Made by a program: the position numbers and the translations under genes. A DNA stretch of 64,000 bases, from contig MU057416.1 in assembly GCA_013265495.1 (NCBI GenBank), forward strand, positions 428,545-492,544, written 5' to 3'. The first letter of the stretch is position 1, and every line of letters begins with the position of its first letter. This stretch comes from Vicugna vicugna (taxonomy: Eukaryota). Of this stretch, positions 1 to 12,604 are shown piece by piece. A model generated the notes under the pieces. The model did no database searches. It had not been told where the DNA came from and saw only the letters and a program-made list of their open reading frames with translations.

Positions 1-250
1 TGGGGAAAGCCCACAGTGCAGACCCGGCCACCGCCAGAGGTGTGGCACCAGGAGGGAGACAGAAGGAACGAACTCCCCGCCCGTCTCCTGTCCCAGGCTC
101 CGGCCAGTGGCCCAGTGGCCAAAGCCTGCCGGGAGCAGCCACTGAAGGGAACCCACGATAAAGCCCAGGATAAAATCAGCTCCCCAAGGTCCTAAGCAGG
201 GCAGGGGAGAACGCTGCATCCGGGGCCATGCCAAACAGCGCCACCGGCAG
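1..250 (-). mobile_element. Old ERVL-class LTR fragment (LTR33/LTR67-like), cut by the window edge
   Basis: Resembles the reverse complement of the recalled LTR33-type 5' end (ccagtggcccagtggccaaagcc...tcagctccccaagg...agcagggcaggggagaa). Highly diverged. Confidence 0.45.
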
Positions 251-914
251 AAAAGCCAGCCTCGTGCTAAGACCTCACCCACACTCTTGCGTCCCCAGAA
301 ATTCTGCTTCAGAAGCAAGACTGAAACACATCTCAGGGTTCAAAAGTAAGTAGAAGTTTAGGTAAACGCTACTAGAATTTTGGGGGGGAATACAAATATG
401 TTTTATTATAATAATATTAAAATCCCCAGGAGATGTGATTCTCACTTTCCTGTTTAATTTTGTTTAATCCTCATTTCCCCACTTTGTTTAAGCTGCTGTT
501 TTATATGCCCTTGTTTTGAGAAGTCTGCAGGCGCCCGCCCAGGAGTGGTCAAGGAGGTGCACAAAATAACTGAGACCCAGCGCACGCGGCATTGCTACAC
601 GGAGGGGGTTCGGTGCTGTCCGCCGTCAGGGGACGTCGTCACCCACAGTCACAGGTGAACAGCGCCCGCCACCCCAGGGAGCCGAGGCAGCGCGTCCCAG
701 TGCCAGGAGCAAGAAGCAGCGTGGTGCGTTCTTCACCCGGCAGGCAGGCCCCCTGCCCGGAGCACGGGGCGAGAAGGAGCGGAAGGGCAGCCTCTGGCAA
801 GTGACGCTGCCTGTGTGTCTAGACAGTAACGTTGGATTCTATATTTTTCATATCAAATGGAGAAACACTAAAGAGTGCAAACTAGGGAAGAACTAATTAC
901 TTTAGTTTTTACAA

Positions 915-1043
915 TTTTTTTTTAATTGAAGTGCAGTTGATTTACAATGTTGGTTTCAGGTGTACAGCAAAATGATTCAGTTATACACATACATACATTT
1001 TTTTTTCTTTTCAGATTCTTCTCCATTACACATTATTACAAGA
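915..1043 (-). mobile_element. L1 3' end fragment (artiodactyl type)
   Basis: Poly-T followed by aattgaagtgcagttgatttacaatgttggtttcaggtgtacagcaaaatgattcagttatac, the antisense L1 terminus. Confidence 0.85.
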
Positions 1044-1429
1044 AGAGAGCTAATTTGAAAGCTTACTCTGCTGCCTTCTGAGCAAGAAAATGTTGGAGCT
1101 ATTTGATTCAGGATTACATTGTTTTTTTTCTTTTTACCCTGCGGTGGCGGGGAAACATGAAAAAAAAAAAACTCTAGAAATTGTGATTATGCTGTTTAGA
1201 TAATGATAAATAATGGCTCCTAAAATGTTTTACAGTGACAAAGTCAAACATTTAATTAATAACTGTAAGGAGGAAGCTATAAATGTTGCACCAGACCACG
1301 TTTGGCAGTGGCCACAGCATCAGTCTCTAGATACCCAGACAAAGCACAGAGAACAGGGTGTGAAAGCCAGCTTGCCATTTACAGCTATGTGCTTGTGTGA
1401 CTCTGAGGGCTCTGGCACATCATGACTTT

Positions 1430-2013
1430 TTTTTTTTTAGCATTTTTTATTGATTTATAATCATTTTACAATGTTGTGTCAAATTCCAGTGTAGAGCACA
1501 ATTTTTCAGTTATACATGAACATATATATATTCATGGTCACATTTTTTTCTCTGTGAGCTACCATAAGATCTTGTGTACATTTCCCTGTGCTATACAGTA
1601 TAATCTTGTTTATCTATTCTACAATTTTGAAATCCCATCTATCCCTTCCCACCCCCTGCCCCCTTGGCAACCACAAGTTTGTATTCTATGTCTATGAGTC
1701 TGTTTCTGTTTTGTATTTATGCTTTGTTGTTGTTTTTTTTTAGATTCCTCATATGGTATTTTTTTTCTCTTTCTGGCTTACTTCACTTAGAATGACATTC
1801 TCCAGGCATCCATGTTGCTGCAAATGGTGTCATGTTGTCATTTTTATGGCTGAATAGTATTCCATTGTATAAATATACCACCTCACAAGCCCAAGAGTGG
1901 GATTCCTGGGTCATACAGTAAGTCTATTCCTAGTCTTTTGAGGAATCTCCATACTGTTTTCCATAGTGGCTGCACCAAACTGTATTCCCACCAGCAGTGA
2001 AGGAGGGCTCCCT
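1430..2013 (-). mobile_element. Camelid-type 5'-truncated L1 with 13-bp TSD and an internal deletion
   Basis: Poly-T tail at about 1427-1438, then antisense L1 3'UTR and ORF2 end. Direct repeat ACATCATGACTTT at 1417-1429 and 2014-2026. On the minus strand the target reads TT/AAAG, like an L1 endonuclease site. Confidence 0.92.
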
Positions 2014-2307
2014 ACATCATGACTTTAAGACACAGGAGAGACATTGAGTGGATGCTGGACCTGGTATGCGGTGTCAGATCCCAGCTTATGATTGAAAGGA
2101 AATGCAAGAATTCGCTGATTAATACAGAAGAATCTCTGGGCCACACACGTGACAAGGAATTCTGAGGTGATAGAAAGAGGAAAACAGATCATTTTAAATA
2201 AGGCTGAACTGATCAGTGTTGGTCCCCTTACCAGGGAATCTCGTCACAACAGTTCATACAAGCAGTGGTGAGTAGTTCAAATTACCTCCTAGTTTGGTTT
2301 GACTCAG

Positions 2308-3050
2308 GAGAGGAGATCCTACACTATTGGTGGGAATGTAAACTGGTGCAGCCACTACGGAGGACAGTATGGAGGCTCCTTTAAAATCTAAAAACAGAGT
2401 TACTGTAGATCCAGCAGTCTGGATCTGGGCATAGATCCAGAGGAGGCTAGAATTCAAAAAGACACAGGCACCCCAGTGTTCACAGCAACACTATTTACAA
2501 TAGCCGAGACATGGAAACAACCTAAATGTTGATCAACAGATGAAAGTAAAAAGAAGATGTGGTGTGTGTGTGTGTGTGTGTGTGTGTGTGCATGGTGGAA
2601 TACTACTCAGCCATAAAAAAGAATGAAATAATGCTATTTGCAGTGACATGCATGGACCTAGAGATTATTATATTAAGTGAAGTAAGTCAAAGACAAATAT
2701 TATATGATATCACTAATATGTGAAATCTAAAAAAATACAAATTTTATCTACAAACCAAAAACAGACTCACAGACATGGAAAACGAACTATGGTTACCAAA
2801 GGGGAAAGGGGGGAAAGATAAACTAGGAGTTTGGGATTAGCAGATACACACAATTATATATAAAAGAGATAAACAATAGGACCTACTGTACAGCAAGGGC
2901 ACTGTATTCAGTGCTGTGCAATAACCTATAATGGAAAAGAATCTGAAAAGAAAAATATGTGTATGTGTATGTGTAACTGAATTGCCTTGCTGTACACCTG
3001 AAACTAACACTGTAAATCAACTGCATGTCAGTAAAAGATACAATTAAAAA
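2308..3050 (+). mobile_element. 5'-truncated L1 (ORF2 end plus 3'UTR) containing (TG)n at 2563-2590
   Basis: tacactattggtgggaatgtaaactggtgcagccact...cctgaaactaacactgtaaatcaact followed by an A-rich tail. Confidence 0.9.
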
Positions 3051-4489
3051 GCAAGGAGTGGAGGACGCCCAGTGCCGTGGAGATGCTGGACACTTACAGT
3101 GTAAAGTAGAGAAGAAGCCAGACTTTGGAGACTCTGCCGTTTCAGCAGACCTGCCCACCCGTCTTCTCATCCAGACTCTACTTTTATTTTTAATGGTGGT
3201 GGGTACTTCGCCATCTTTGAAAAACAATTCTGTGGGCATTTCCTATAGACAAGGATACTGATGGCAGATGCTGTGGCTGACTTCAACACGACTGCGAGGC
3301 GTGGGTCCTGCCGGCAGCAGTGGTGCGGCGTGAACTCCGGGTGGGGGAGGCAACCATGGCGAGCAGCAAGGAGCCGGCCCAGCAGATGGGTCTGATCGCC
3401 AAAGAGTGATGGATTAGAGCACCCCTAGGGTCGCACGAGATGGGCCACCTGCAAGGCCTTCTTTGCTGTACTTACTGGGGGAAAATCCACCGGGTAGGAG
3501 AGGCCCAGGGTGAGATGTCGTCACAGGGGACTGGGGCACCTCACTCCCTTCCCAAATGCAGCCAGCTCCCAGGACGAGAAAGACCCTGCAGACGTGTTCA
3601 GAGCACACGTTCTAACATTTCTGCTGAGTTTCCCCCCGAGACCCCGGCTTCTATTACCAGGCAGCTATGCACTGGGGACAGGAAAACACCTGCACTTCTC
3701 AGGTATAATTGAGCCTTGAGTCTGAAGTTGTTTTAAATCATGAGGATCCACATGCCTTATTCAGGGCGTGGTCTTTCTGAGGGTCATTTAATGATGGACT
3801 TTTGATTTGAGCTCACATTGTCATAAGCTCATTAGGTCCCCAAACTCGTTTCATAGCCCCATTCTCAATTCTTGAGTGTGTAGTTGAAATAGAGATTTTC
3901 CGCACTTGTCAGAACCCTCAAGTCATTCTCCGACCAGCAGACACCACGCTGGCAAGACTGAGGGCAAGCTCTTGGAACTCCCACGCTTCACCGAGATGCT
4001 CAGCCAAAGCTACCCCACGCAGTGGGGCCGTCTCAGGGACGAGGGCCTCTCTGAGGCCTGAAAACTGCACAAAGGGGCTTCCTGCCGCATCGTGACCGAA
4101 CACTCCACCTACCCAGCACAGACGATAGGTGAGTTTTGGCAAAACAACTACAGATTATGGGCTACGTCCCATTTAGTCAGACAGCGCCAAGGATCCTGGC
4201 TGCGATTCCAGATGCTGACCTTCCGTGTATGGGAACAAGAGGCCAGAACGGTTTAGCCAGGTGAGCCCGCGGGAAGGACATAGGGGAGAAGGAACAGGAG
4301 AGAGAAGGAAAGAGGGCAAAAAACCGTCTACACCGTCTGGCACGTTTCATCCAAATAAGCAGGGGGGCGCTTTCTCCTGGGGGATGGGAGGGGGCGCGTT
4401 CCAGGAAGAAGGGACACAGCAGGGGAGGAGGAGGACGTGGCTTCACTGCAGCTTCTGTCCCAGAGGTGCGACAGTTCTGCCATCCGGGC

Positions 4490-5420
4490 ACTTTCCTTCC
4501 TCTCCTTTTGTGAATTCGATTCCACGTTTGTGAAGCAGCTTGTCAGTCTCCTACGGGTTAGTGAGGCTCTGCTCATTATTTTTCTTACCTTTTTTTCCCC
4601 ACTGAGTTCCAGTCTGAGTAATTGCTGCCGTGCTGCGCTGCGGCTGCTGGGGTCTTCTCTCCCGCAGCGTCAATCTGCGGTTACGCACACCTCGTGACTT
4701 TTCATTTCAGTTACTGTGTTTTCCGTTCTAGAACCTGCCTGTGGTTCATTTTCGTAGTGTCTATGGCTCTACTTAGACCCCTCATCTTTTCGCTTGAGAT
4801 GTATGTTATACACATATGTATCTTTTTTACATTCTAAACATATTTCAATAAATGTTTTAATGCCATCGCCAGCTAGAGACTCACATTTCACACCTTGTCT
4901 CACGCTCAGTCATTTACACTGCTCGTACGTTGAGACCCTAGTCTTGTCTCCCTTTCAAGACGGCAAGACTGTTGGCTTTGGCTCTGGGAGGCGGTTCCTT
5001 TGCTGGCAGATGAGCTTGGTCCTTGGGCAGCTCAGTTTTCAGTCGTTTCTGGCGGACGTCTGCTCCTGGTCTGGCCCAGTCCTACCTGTCACACGTGACT
5101 ATTCCGGGAACTCAGTTAAACGTCTGAGCCACAACCCGTGCCCTCTGCTCTCTGGGTCTTTGGAAATCTCACGTGTCTCAGCTGGTGAGGTCTCCAGACT
5201 CTCTGTTCAGCTCCCAGCTCCCTTTCTGGCTGTCCTCCTCCAAACCTCACCTCATCTCCCCTCCACATGCACAGCTAACATCTGGATGGAAACATCAAGG
5301 ACTCCTGGGCAGATTTCTGGACCACTTACTCTGAACAACTTTGGTGTGGCATCCGTGTGGCATCGTGCCCTCTAATCACCGTCTGCCTCAACAGTCTGCT
5401 TTTTCTTGTTCTGTTGAGAT
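4490..5420 (-). mobile_element. Ancient L1 (L1M-type) ORF1/5' region, antisense
   Basis: tccttttgtgaattcgattccacgt...gtgaggctctgctcatt...ttttcatttcagttactgtgttttccgttctagaa matches the typical old antisense L1 ORF1 pattern. Confidence 0.6.
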
Positions 5421-6101
5421 AGTGTCTCAATCTTCTGCAAAATGCAGAATTATAAAAGCAAAGCATCAGGACAATTGCAAAATTCTGATCAGGAAAATGA
5501 TGAAGGATACAAGGAAAAGTATACATTGATAAGGAAATATTATTAAAAATAAGAAGGGGGAGATTAATTAAAATATACAAATATAGACAAAGAGGGAACA
5601 ATAGGTAGGCGATGAGGTTTCTGGCGTGTCTGTTACATGGCAGGTAAAGAGAATATTGAGAGATGGGTGAGGCATTAAAATTAAATCAGTGACCTACCTG
5701 CTTTCTGTAGGGCTGGTTTTTTCCCTCCTGTAATTGCCATAGAATCAGCTGAATATAGTTACAATTGAATGCATTAATTTTTTGGCCAACAAAATATCAA
5801 AAGAAAAAATCTGGACATACTTTTATGTATTTATAATATCTTAGAACATTCAACCTATCAGTGTAACAGGTCAGACTTGTGGCATCACTTTAACAAGTAT
5901 CATTAAATGTTGACTTAGACTCTGGAGTCGAAGATTAAATTGTGTTAAGTGTACATTTAATATCAAAACATTTAAGAAAACATAGGTTCACTGCATTTAT
6001 AGACTCTTTCTGTTATATTTAAAAAACACTCAGTGCATGTAGATCTTGTCTGATTTTGGTGGTTATGCAACTGAGACGCTTTGAAAGAGGGAGATCACTT
6101 C

Positions 6102-6253
6102 AGTCTGTTCTCTGCGTCTGTGAGTCTGTTTCTGTTTCGTAAGTAAGTTCATTTGTGTCGTTTTTTTAGATCCTACATGTATTGATATCTTATATTTGTC
6201 TTTCTCTGTCTGACTTACCTCACTTAGTAAATCAACTAGAAGTCAATAAAAAA
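6102..6253. mobile_element. Short L1 with 5' inversion (antisense 6102-6229 joined to sense terminus 6227-6253)
   Basis: Antisense 3'UTR piece ending cacttagta runs directly into sense gtaaatcaacta..tcaataaaaaa. Confidence 0.7.
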
Positions 6254-6589
6254 GGAAGTAGAATATGAGAACCATACAGGGGGCTTACACTGTTCAGGTG
6301 AGTTTAATTGAATTTGTAAGTGAAGCCAGACATTAATCTAGGCTCTGCTTAATACCAGGCTTACAATTAGCTAGATTTACAAATATGATAAAGTTTGAAA
6401 GTTGAAGTTTAAAAGCTTAGATAATATATCAAATTCTATTCTAAAAAACATCACATCAATACTCCTTAGTGCACAAGACCTGCCACCAAGGACACTTAAA
6501 CCTGGATCCACGTGCTGGCGCCGCACTTCACACGCTTACAGGTGTTGTCACTTCACGGCTCCATGATGAATTTCCACCCCCACTACTGA

Positions 6590-6700
6590 CGGTGAGCTTC
6601 ACGAAGGCAAGACCAGGTCGGTGTCTGCTCTTTATTCAGTCTCCGGGGCGATGCTCAGAGCAGGCCCCCAAGTATGTATTTTTAGATACAATGAATGCAG
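6590..6700 (+). mobile_element. L2 3' terminus
   Basis: gtgagcttcacgaaggcaagacc...caagtatgtatttttagatacaatgaatg resembles the L2 tail. Confidence 0.5.
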
Positions 6701-8504
6701 TTTAACGTCATTCCTCACCCTACAGCCAAACATCCTGAGTCCTGCTATTTAAGCAGACACGGATGTACGTGTGAATAACGCAGGTGTCCCATCTGAGGGG
6801 AAACGCAGAGCAGAAGAGCTTTCGGCCTCAGGTTCTCTCGCGATTCTAGAGCGTCCGCCGCTCGTCGTGCCGCGGCCGGCTTCTGTGGGAGAGCGCGGAG
6901 GCCCTGGGGAGGCTCCGTGGACGCGGGGAAGATCTGTCCAGGGAGCGGAGCGGAGAGCCGGGCTGCCGGGTGGACGAGGGCGGCTGTGAAGGGATGCTAC
7001 CGAAAACAGAGATGTAGACAGGATGGGGAGCCGCCTTCTCCTGGGCTGTTTTTTTTTTTAAAGATGATGGTGATCGGTTGTGTTTATGGTCTTACAGATA
7101 AAGCGATGGCCTGAGCAAAGGGGAGATACCAGTGATGCGTCACCTCTGCGGAGGGGCTGGCGTGGCCTGGATGCTGGGGTCTGAACCTTAGATGCAGGCG
7201 AGGGAATGTTTCCTCTAAGACACGAGGGAATGACAGGAGTGGCTGCGAATATATGCAAACACATGCAGGTCCACGAGTCACTGGGGCGATGAGTTTCAGG
7301 CTGTCTTACTGTCCCCTGGTCTTCCTGAAGTCCTCCTGACCACATCCCGGTTGCCTGAAGCTCTGACTTCTAGGTATAATACTGTGACTTCACTTCTCAA
7401 AGTTTGAAATGTGATTCTTCATTAGTCGTTTTTATCTTTGTTCGAATACTTATCAGAAATATTCCTGCCAAAATCTGACTGTGACTCGTTTAGCTCATGG
7501 CCATCAGAACCACGTGTAGTTGTGAACGACTTATTTCTGGAACATCTCTACCATTTAACCCTAGGGAAGTCAGGACGTGGCACGGAGACAATTCAGGACC
7601 TCAGACCAGAGCAGTCAGTGTCTATTCCAGGTGGCCAGAGTGCCCAGCTTCCACTGGTTCTCGATACATTTTTGTTCCATTATTGAGACAGGAAACAACT
7701 GCTTGCCAGCTTTATGTGATAGACAAGAAGGCTGTGGAAGGTGATACACACATGTGGAGTCAAATGTGCAATGAAAAGAAAGATGTACAGAGAGAGCAAA
7801 GAGAACATCTGTAGTACAAAGAACAGAGAAAAAGAGGCAGAAGAGGAGAGAAGCCACAGAGAACTTCTGCTCTGCCTCCAATCCTCAGCTGTAACACCTG
7901 AGAATTTCCAGCAAGCGCCCAACCCACTTTTTTCCTCCTAATTTACAGATTCCACAGCAGGGCCATGACCCCCGAGGCACCTTCATAGCAAGGCCAGGAT
8001 TCACCCTGAGTTTCTATTTCGCTTTCAGCCATTGATTCTGGCTGCCTGCCTCTGGATGCGCAGGGTTTTTTCTAGGCACCTTGAATCAACATTCGATTCC
8101 TTTATTGATCACTAACCTTCCCTTTTAAGTATAAGGATCTGAAAGTAAGTACTAATCACCTTTTCCCAGAAAAACTGAAGCTTCAAAGGTTCACACCGAA
8201 TGGGCTGGAACGACAGGAGGAAAAACTACAAGTCAGATAACGACTCTGCAGGGCGAACCCCCCAGGATCCCGCAACCCGATCCTCTTCTCGGAGGATTCC
8301 TGTATTCCATGGCGTGTTCTCACCCGAACTCATCGCTCCCTGTGACAGGACGGGAGGTGACACTCCAGTCCTTCCCACTGGCAGATAGACTCACGGGAAC
8401 ATAAATTCATCAGCTAATTGTAAATTATGAGGAAGATGACAACATCACCTATTTTAAAGATGGAATCCTCCCCTCTTCCAGTGAACCCAACGTAGGCAAA
8501 GCAC

Positions 8505-8600
8505 GTCTCTGCCGTGTTCTCGGACTTACCCACAGCGTCTAGCAGAGCGACTGACTCAAGGTAAACTGTCAACAAACACTTGATGAATCAGTGAACGGAC
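8505..8600 (+). mobile_element. L2 3' terminus
   Basis: cccacagcgtctagcagagcgactgactcaaggtaaactgtcaacaaacacttgatgaatcagtgaa. Confidence 0.55.
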
Positions 8601-10019
8601 GAGCTGCACTTTATAAAATCTAATCAGTCAACACCACGAGCCAGCAACGGTGCTAAGTACTCCAAGGAACACAGAAACAAGTATCCTGCATCCCCTCCTG
8701 TGGACTAGGACGGACACGGGCTTACGGAGAAGGGAAGTGTGCAGCCGGAGACCCTGCATTTAGCAAGCCTCTTGACATCCTGGAGACTCGGTTCCCTGAT
8801 GTGTTAAAGGGGGACCAGCGTTCTTGAGTCTCACCGATTTCCTACAATTGTTACATGATGCATGTCACTGCACCTGAGGATTCCCTCCAATGTGCTCGGG
8901 GTAGGTTGTATTGCTTTCCCAATTTCTCCCGCCCCCTCCTCTCCTTGCAAGAGGAGCATGAACCCCTCCCCCAGCATACCGCTGCTGACTCGCTTTGGCT
9001 GAGGACCGGGGTCGGGGGGGAGGTGACGCACCCTGACACGCAGACCCTTGGCCGCAGAAGCTCGTCGCGGCAGCACGCCTCTGCCCATGCTCTTACTCAT
9101 GCGTCCTCTGCCGTGTCCCGAGCAAGGCCATTCCTGCAGCCAAATTCCCAGAATCTGAAGCAAGGACACAGACCTGGACCCGACTCACAGCCAGAAGCAA
9201 CGCACAGCGGCCCCCTGCCCCTGTCCAGTGTGTCCAGTGTGAACAAGAACTCGTGACCCTCGTAAAGCCGATCTGTGACGCAGAGTGAGCTCCTGAAATC
9301 TGGGCGAGGCGGTCCCTCAGCCACAAAGGTGGGGATGAGCGGCCCCCTCTCCAGGGCACACCTTAAACCAGACCATCGGAGGCCCAGAAGTTCTTTGAAG
9401 TCTTGAGCTCTCAAACAGATATTAATTTTACCTTCCTGTCCACAATACTTGTGTTGGTTTAGATAAAAATAGTGTTTCAAAATTACAGTGATGTAATGAT
9501 CCCTTCTAGGAAGGTTTCCCAATATGGTTACAGGCGACACATCCCAGCACTTGTGAGATTCACAAGTCGGCGAAACCATGTTGTGTGGAGTGGGTTTCCT
9601 TTTCCTGAAATAGAGTAAGTCTATACTTATAACTTCTTAAGATGGAAAACTTAAACATTTTCTAATGTAAAACTTAAGAGAGAGCTTGATTTTAAAAATA
9701 CGTATACAGAAAAAACACATACCTTCTGTACGTCAGCGGGGCGAGTGGGGATGGCGGGCAGGCGTGAGTACAGGAGCCTGCCCACAAGAGCGCATGTTAA
9801 CTATATGGTAGAGATGTCTTTTTTATTCTTAAGATCTGTCATCATACTGTCTCCATAGAAAAGTAGAGTTTCAACAATTTTTCTACAGAAATAAACTCTT
9901 TTCAGGTTCCAGCAACAAATGGGCAGCAGGTGACCCTTGAGCGTGGCGCCAGCTGAGAGGGTGAGGAGTCCCGATTCACTTTGTTGTTGTTTGAATTGTT
10001 TCTCTAGCATTTTGAGTAA

Positions 10020-10155
10020 AGTTTCTTTTCCTAAGCCTCAGATTCCCCACCTGTGAAAATGCAGCAACGCAAACCTACCCCACAGATTTGCTTTGAAGAT
10101 GGAAAAATTAGCATACGTTTCCCAAGACAACTTTTTGTATCACAGGCACATAGTG
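10020..10155 (+). mobile_element. MIR SINE
   Basis: Core ctaagcctcagattccccacctgtgaaaatg...acctaccccacagatttgctttgaagat. Confidence 0.65.
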
Positions 10156-10234
10156 AAGGTTATTTTTCTTTCTGTTCCTTTCCTTAACATAAAACCCTTC
10201 TATTTTGTGACTTTTGCATCCATTGTTAGGTGCC

Positions 10235-10400
10235 CTCCTATATATTATCTTATTTCATCTTCACAATAACATTCTAAGTGTAAAACGTGTAAAACATATC
10301 ATGCTGTGTGACAGTGAGGGAACTGAGGTCTGGAAAGATGAAAGACTTGCTTTGGCTTCTAAAGAAATTCTCGAGGGACCTGCAGCCTGAGACTCCTGTG
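10235..10400 (-). mobile_element. MIR SINE
   Basis: atcttatttcatcttcacaataac...gacagtgagggaactgaggtctggaaagatgaaagacttgc. Confidence 0.55.
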
Positions 10401-10514
10401 AGCAAAATGCCTGTCACCTAAAGCGCTGTGTGTGGGTCACATTCCTTCCAGGTGCGTCTGATCAAAGTAGTGAAAAGCCACATTTACAGAAGAAGGTTGG
10501 CAGTTTTGCCTGTC

Positions 10515-11760
10515 CTGTGATCTCACAAAGTTCCTTCAGTACTCCAAGTCTCAGTTTCTTCACTTGTGAAAAAAGAATAATCGAGAACAAGAAAGACAAC
10601 CTAGAGAACGAGAGAAATTATTTGCAAATGATAAGACCAACAAAGGATTAATTTCTAAAATATACAAACAGTTCATACAGCTTAATATCAATCAAACAAA
10701 CAAACAAACAACTCAAAGGAGAAATGGGCAGAAGACCTAAGCAGACATTTCTCCAAAGAAGACATTGAAAGGGCCAACAGGCACATAAAGAGACCCTCAG
10801 CATCGCTAATTGTTAGAGAAATGCAAATCAAAACTACAGTGAGGTGTCACCTCACACCAGCCAGAATGGCCATCATTCAAAAGTCTACACATGACAAATG
10901 CTGGAGAGGCTGTGGAGAAAAGGGAGCCCTCCTGCACTGCTGTTGGGAATGCAGTTTGGTGCAGCCACTATGAACAACAGTATGAAGGTTCCTTAAAAAC
11001 CTAACAGTAGACTTAACATATGATCCAGCAATGCCACTCCTGGGCATATACCCAGAGAAAACTCTAATTCAAAAAGATACACGCACCGCAATGTTCACAG
11101 TAGCACTGTTCACAACAGCCAAGACATGGAAGCAACCTAAGTGTCCACTGACAGATGACTGAATAAAGATGTGGTGTGCATATACAGAATGGAATTAATC
11201 GGCCATAAAAGATAATGAAATAATGCCATTTGCAGCACCATGGATGGACATGGAGATTGTCATATTAAGTGAAGTAAGCCAGACACAGAAATACAAATAT
11301 CATATGATATCACTTATATGTGAAATCTAATAAAAAGTGATACAAATGAACTTATTTACCAAACAGAAACTGACTCACAGACATAGAAAACAAACTAATG
11401 GTTACCAAAGGGGAAAGGATGGGGGGAGGGATAAATTAGGAGTTTGGGATTAACAGATACACATTACTACATATAAAATAGATAAACAACAAGGATCCAT
11501 TATATAGCACAAGGAACTATATTCGATATCTTGTAATAACCTATACTGACAAAGAGCATGAGAAAGAATATACATAAGTACATCTACGTGTAACTGAATC
11601 ACTTTGCTGTATACCTGAAACTAACACAACATTGCAAATTAACTACAATTAAAAAAATAATCATCAAGAACAACTATTTCATGGGTTCGTCATAAGGATT
11701 AAGTGGAAACATGTTTGTGGAACATTTAGCACAATGCCTGCTTCTAAGAAGATTTAATAA
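10515..11760 (+). mobile_element. MIR SINE split in two (10515-10582 and 11656-11760) by an L1 insertion
   Basis: The MIR core ctcagtttcttcacttgtgaaaaaagaataatc resumes after the L1 as aataatc..actatttcatgggttcgtcataaggattaagtg..catttagcacaatgcctg. Confidence 0.7.
10583..11655 (+). mobile_element. 5'-truncated L1, about 1.07 kb (ORF2 C-terminal Cys-rich region plus 3'UTR), non-coding relic
   Basis: From 10821 it translates [50 protein letters not shown], the L1 ORF2 C-terminal motif with a premature stop. AATAATC is duplicated at 10576-10582 and 11656-11662. Confidence 0.95.
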
Positions 11761-11914
11761 GGTCCTCTATCTTTGTAAATATTGGCTACTCAAAATGGGG
11801 AAAATGAATTTTTCTAATCATTTTTATTAGCATTTTGTTCTTCTGGCTTTTTGACAAATCTGCTCAGTAGCACAGCCATCTATCAGTCTGATGTCATCTC
11901 ATTTTTGTAAAACG

Positions 11915-12062
11915 TATTGAAGTGCATGTGCAGGACACTAACATTTGATGGAAGTTATCTCTAGACGGTGAGATCACAGGTGACTTTTAGTTTATTCTAC
12001 TTACTGTCAGTATTTTATATATTTCTGGTAGACACATATTGATTTCATGATAAGAAAAAATT
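11915..12062 (+). mobile_element. Ancient L1 (L1ME-type) 3' end
   Basis: agttatctctagacggtgagatcacaggtgacttttagtttattc...catattgatttcatgataagaaaaaa. Confidence 0.55.
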
Positions 12063-12604
12063 ATACAGTATAACAGGTTTTCAATTAAGAAGGTTTGAAA
12101 AATGTAATACAACCCTGCAAGGCTCAAAGGTGGGTAACACAAGGGCGGACTCCAAATGCTTAGACCCAGTGTCAGCACGTCATAAGGTCAGTGAGTCCAC
12201 ACTCCAGGCGATGCTCTGGAGAGCTTCACATGTCCAACCAGCCTCTTTTTAGAACTGATTGAACCATCATTAGTTTTACGCCTTCACGTGACCGACGAGT
12301 GACTCTTACAGGGAAAGAATGAGCTCTGCCAGTTTTTTCTCATTTGTTTTGCTTTTATTTTTGTGGTATCTTCAGGTCATATCTTATTGACAGAATATAT
12401 TTTTTTTGGCTTGCTTGTCCAGGTTTTGAGCATTTAGGTATTTAGAATTTGAAAATATAATTAATAAAACCATTCAACCAGGCATACAGAAGCTCCATCA
12501 TAGCATTACAGCAATAGTTTCTCCTGTTCTCAGTGAGGACACTCTATTATAGTTACTGTTACTGAAAAATAATAATAATACCATTCACTACCTACTGAGA
12601 TTTC

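Larger units (their letters stand above)
1240..3720 (+). mobile_element. Decayed ERVL/MaLR internal (gag-like) sequence interrupted by two L1 insertions
   Basis: 2190-2305 (aaataaggctgaactgatcagtgttggtccccttaccagggaatc) and 3540-3710 (aaagaccctgca...ccccccgagaccccggcttctattaccaggcagctatgcactggggacaggaaa) resemble recalled ERVL/MLT-int consensus. The left boundary is uncertain. Confidence 0.55.

Noticed and set aside
4794..5375. 193-aa ORF
   Set aside because: Lies antisense within an old L1, has a non-ATG start, and shows no protein similarity I recognise.
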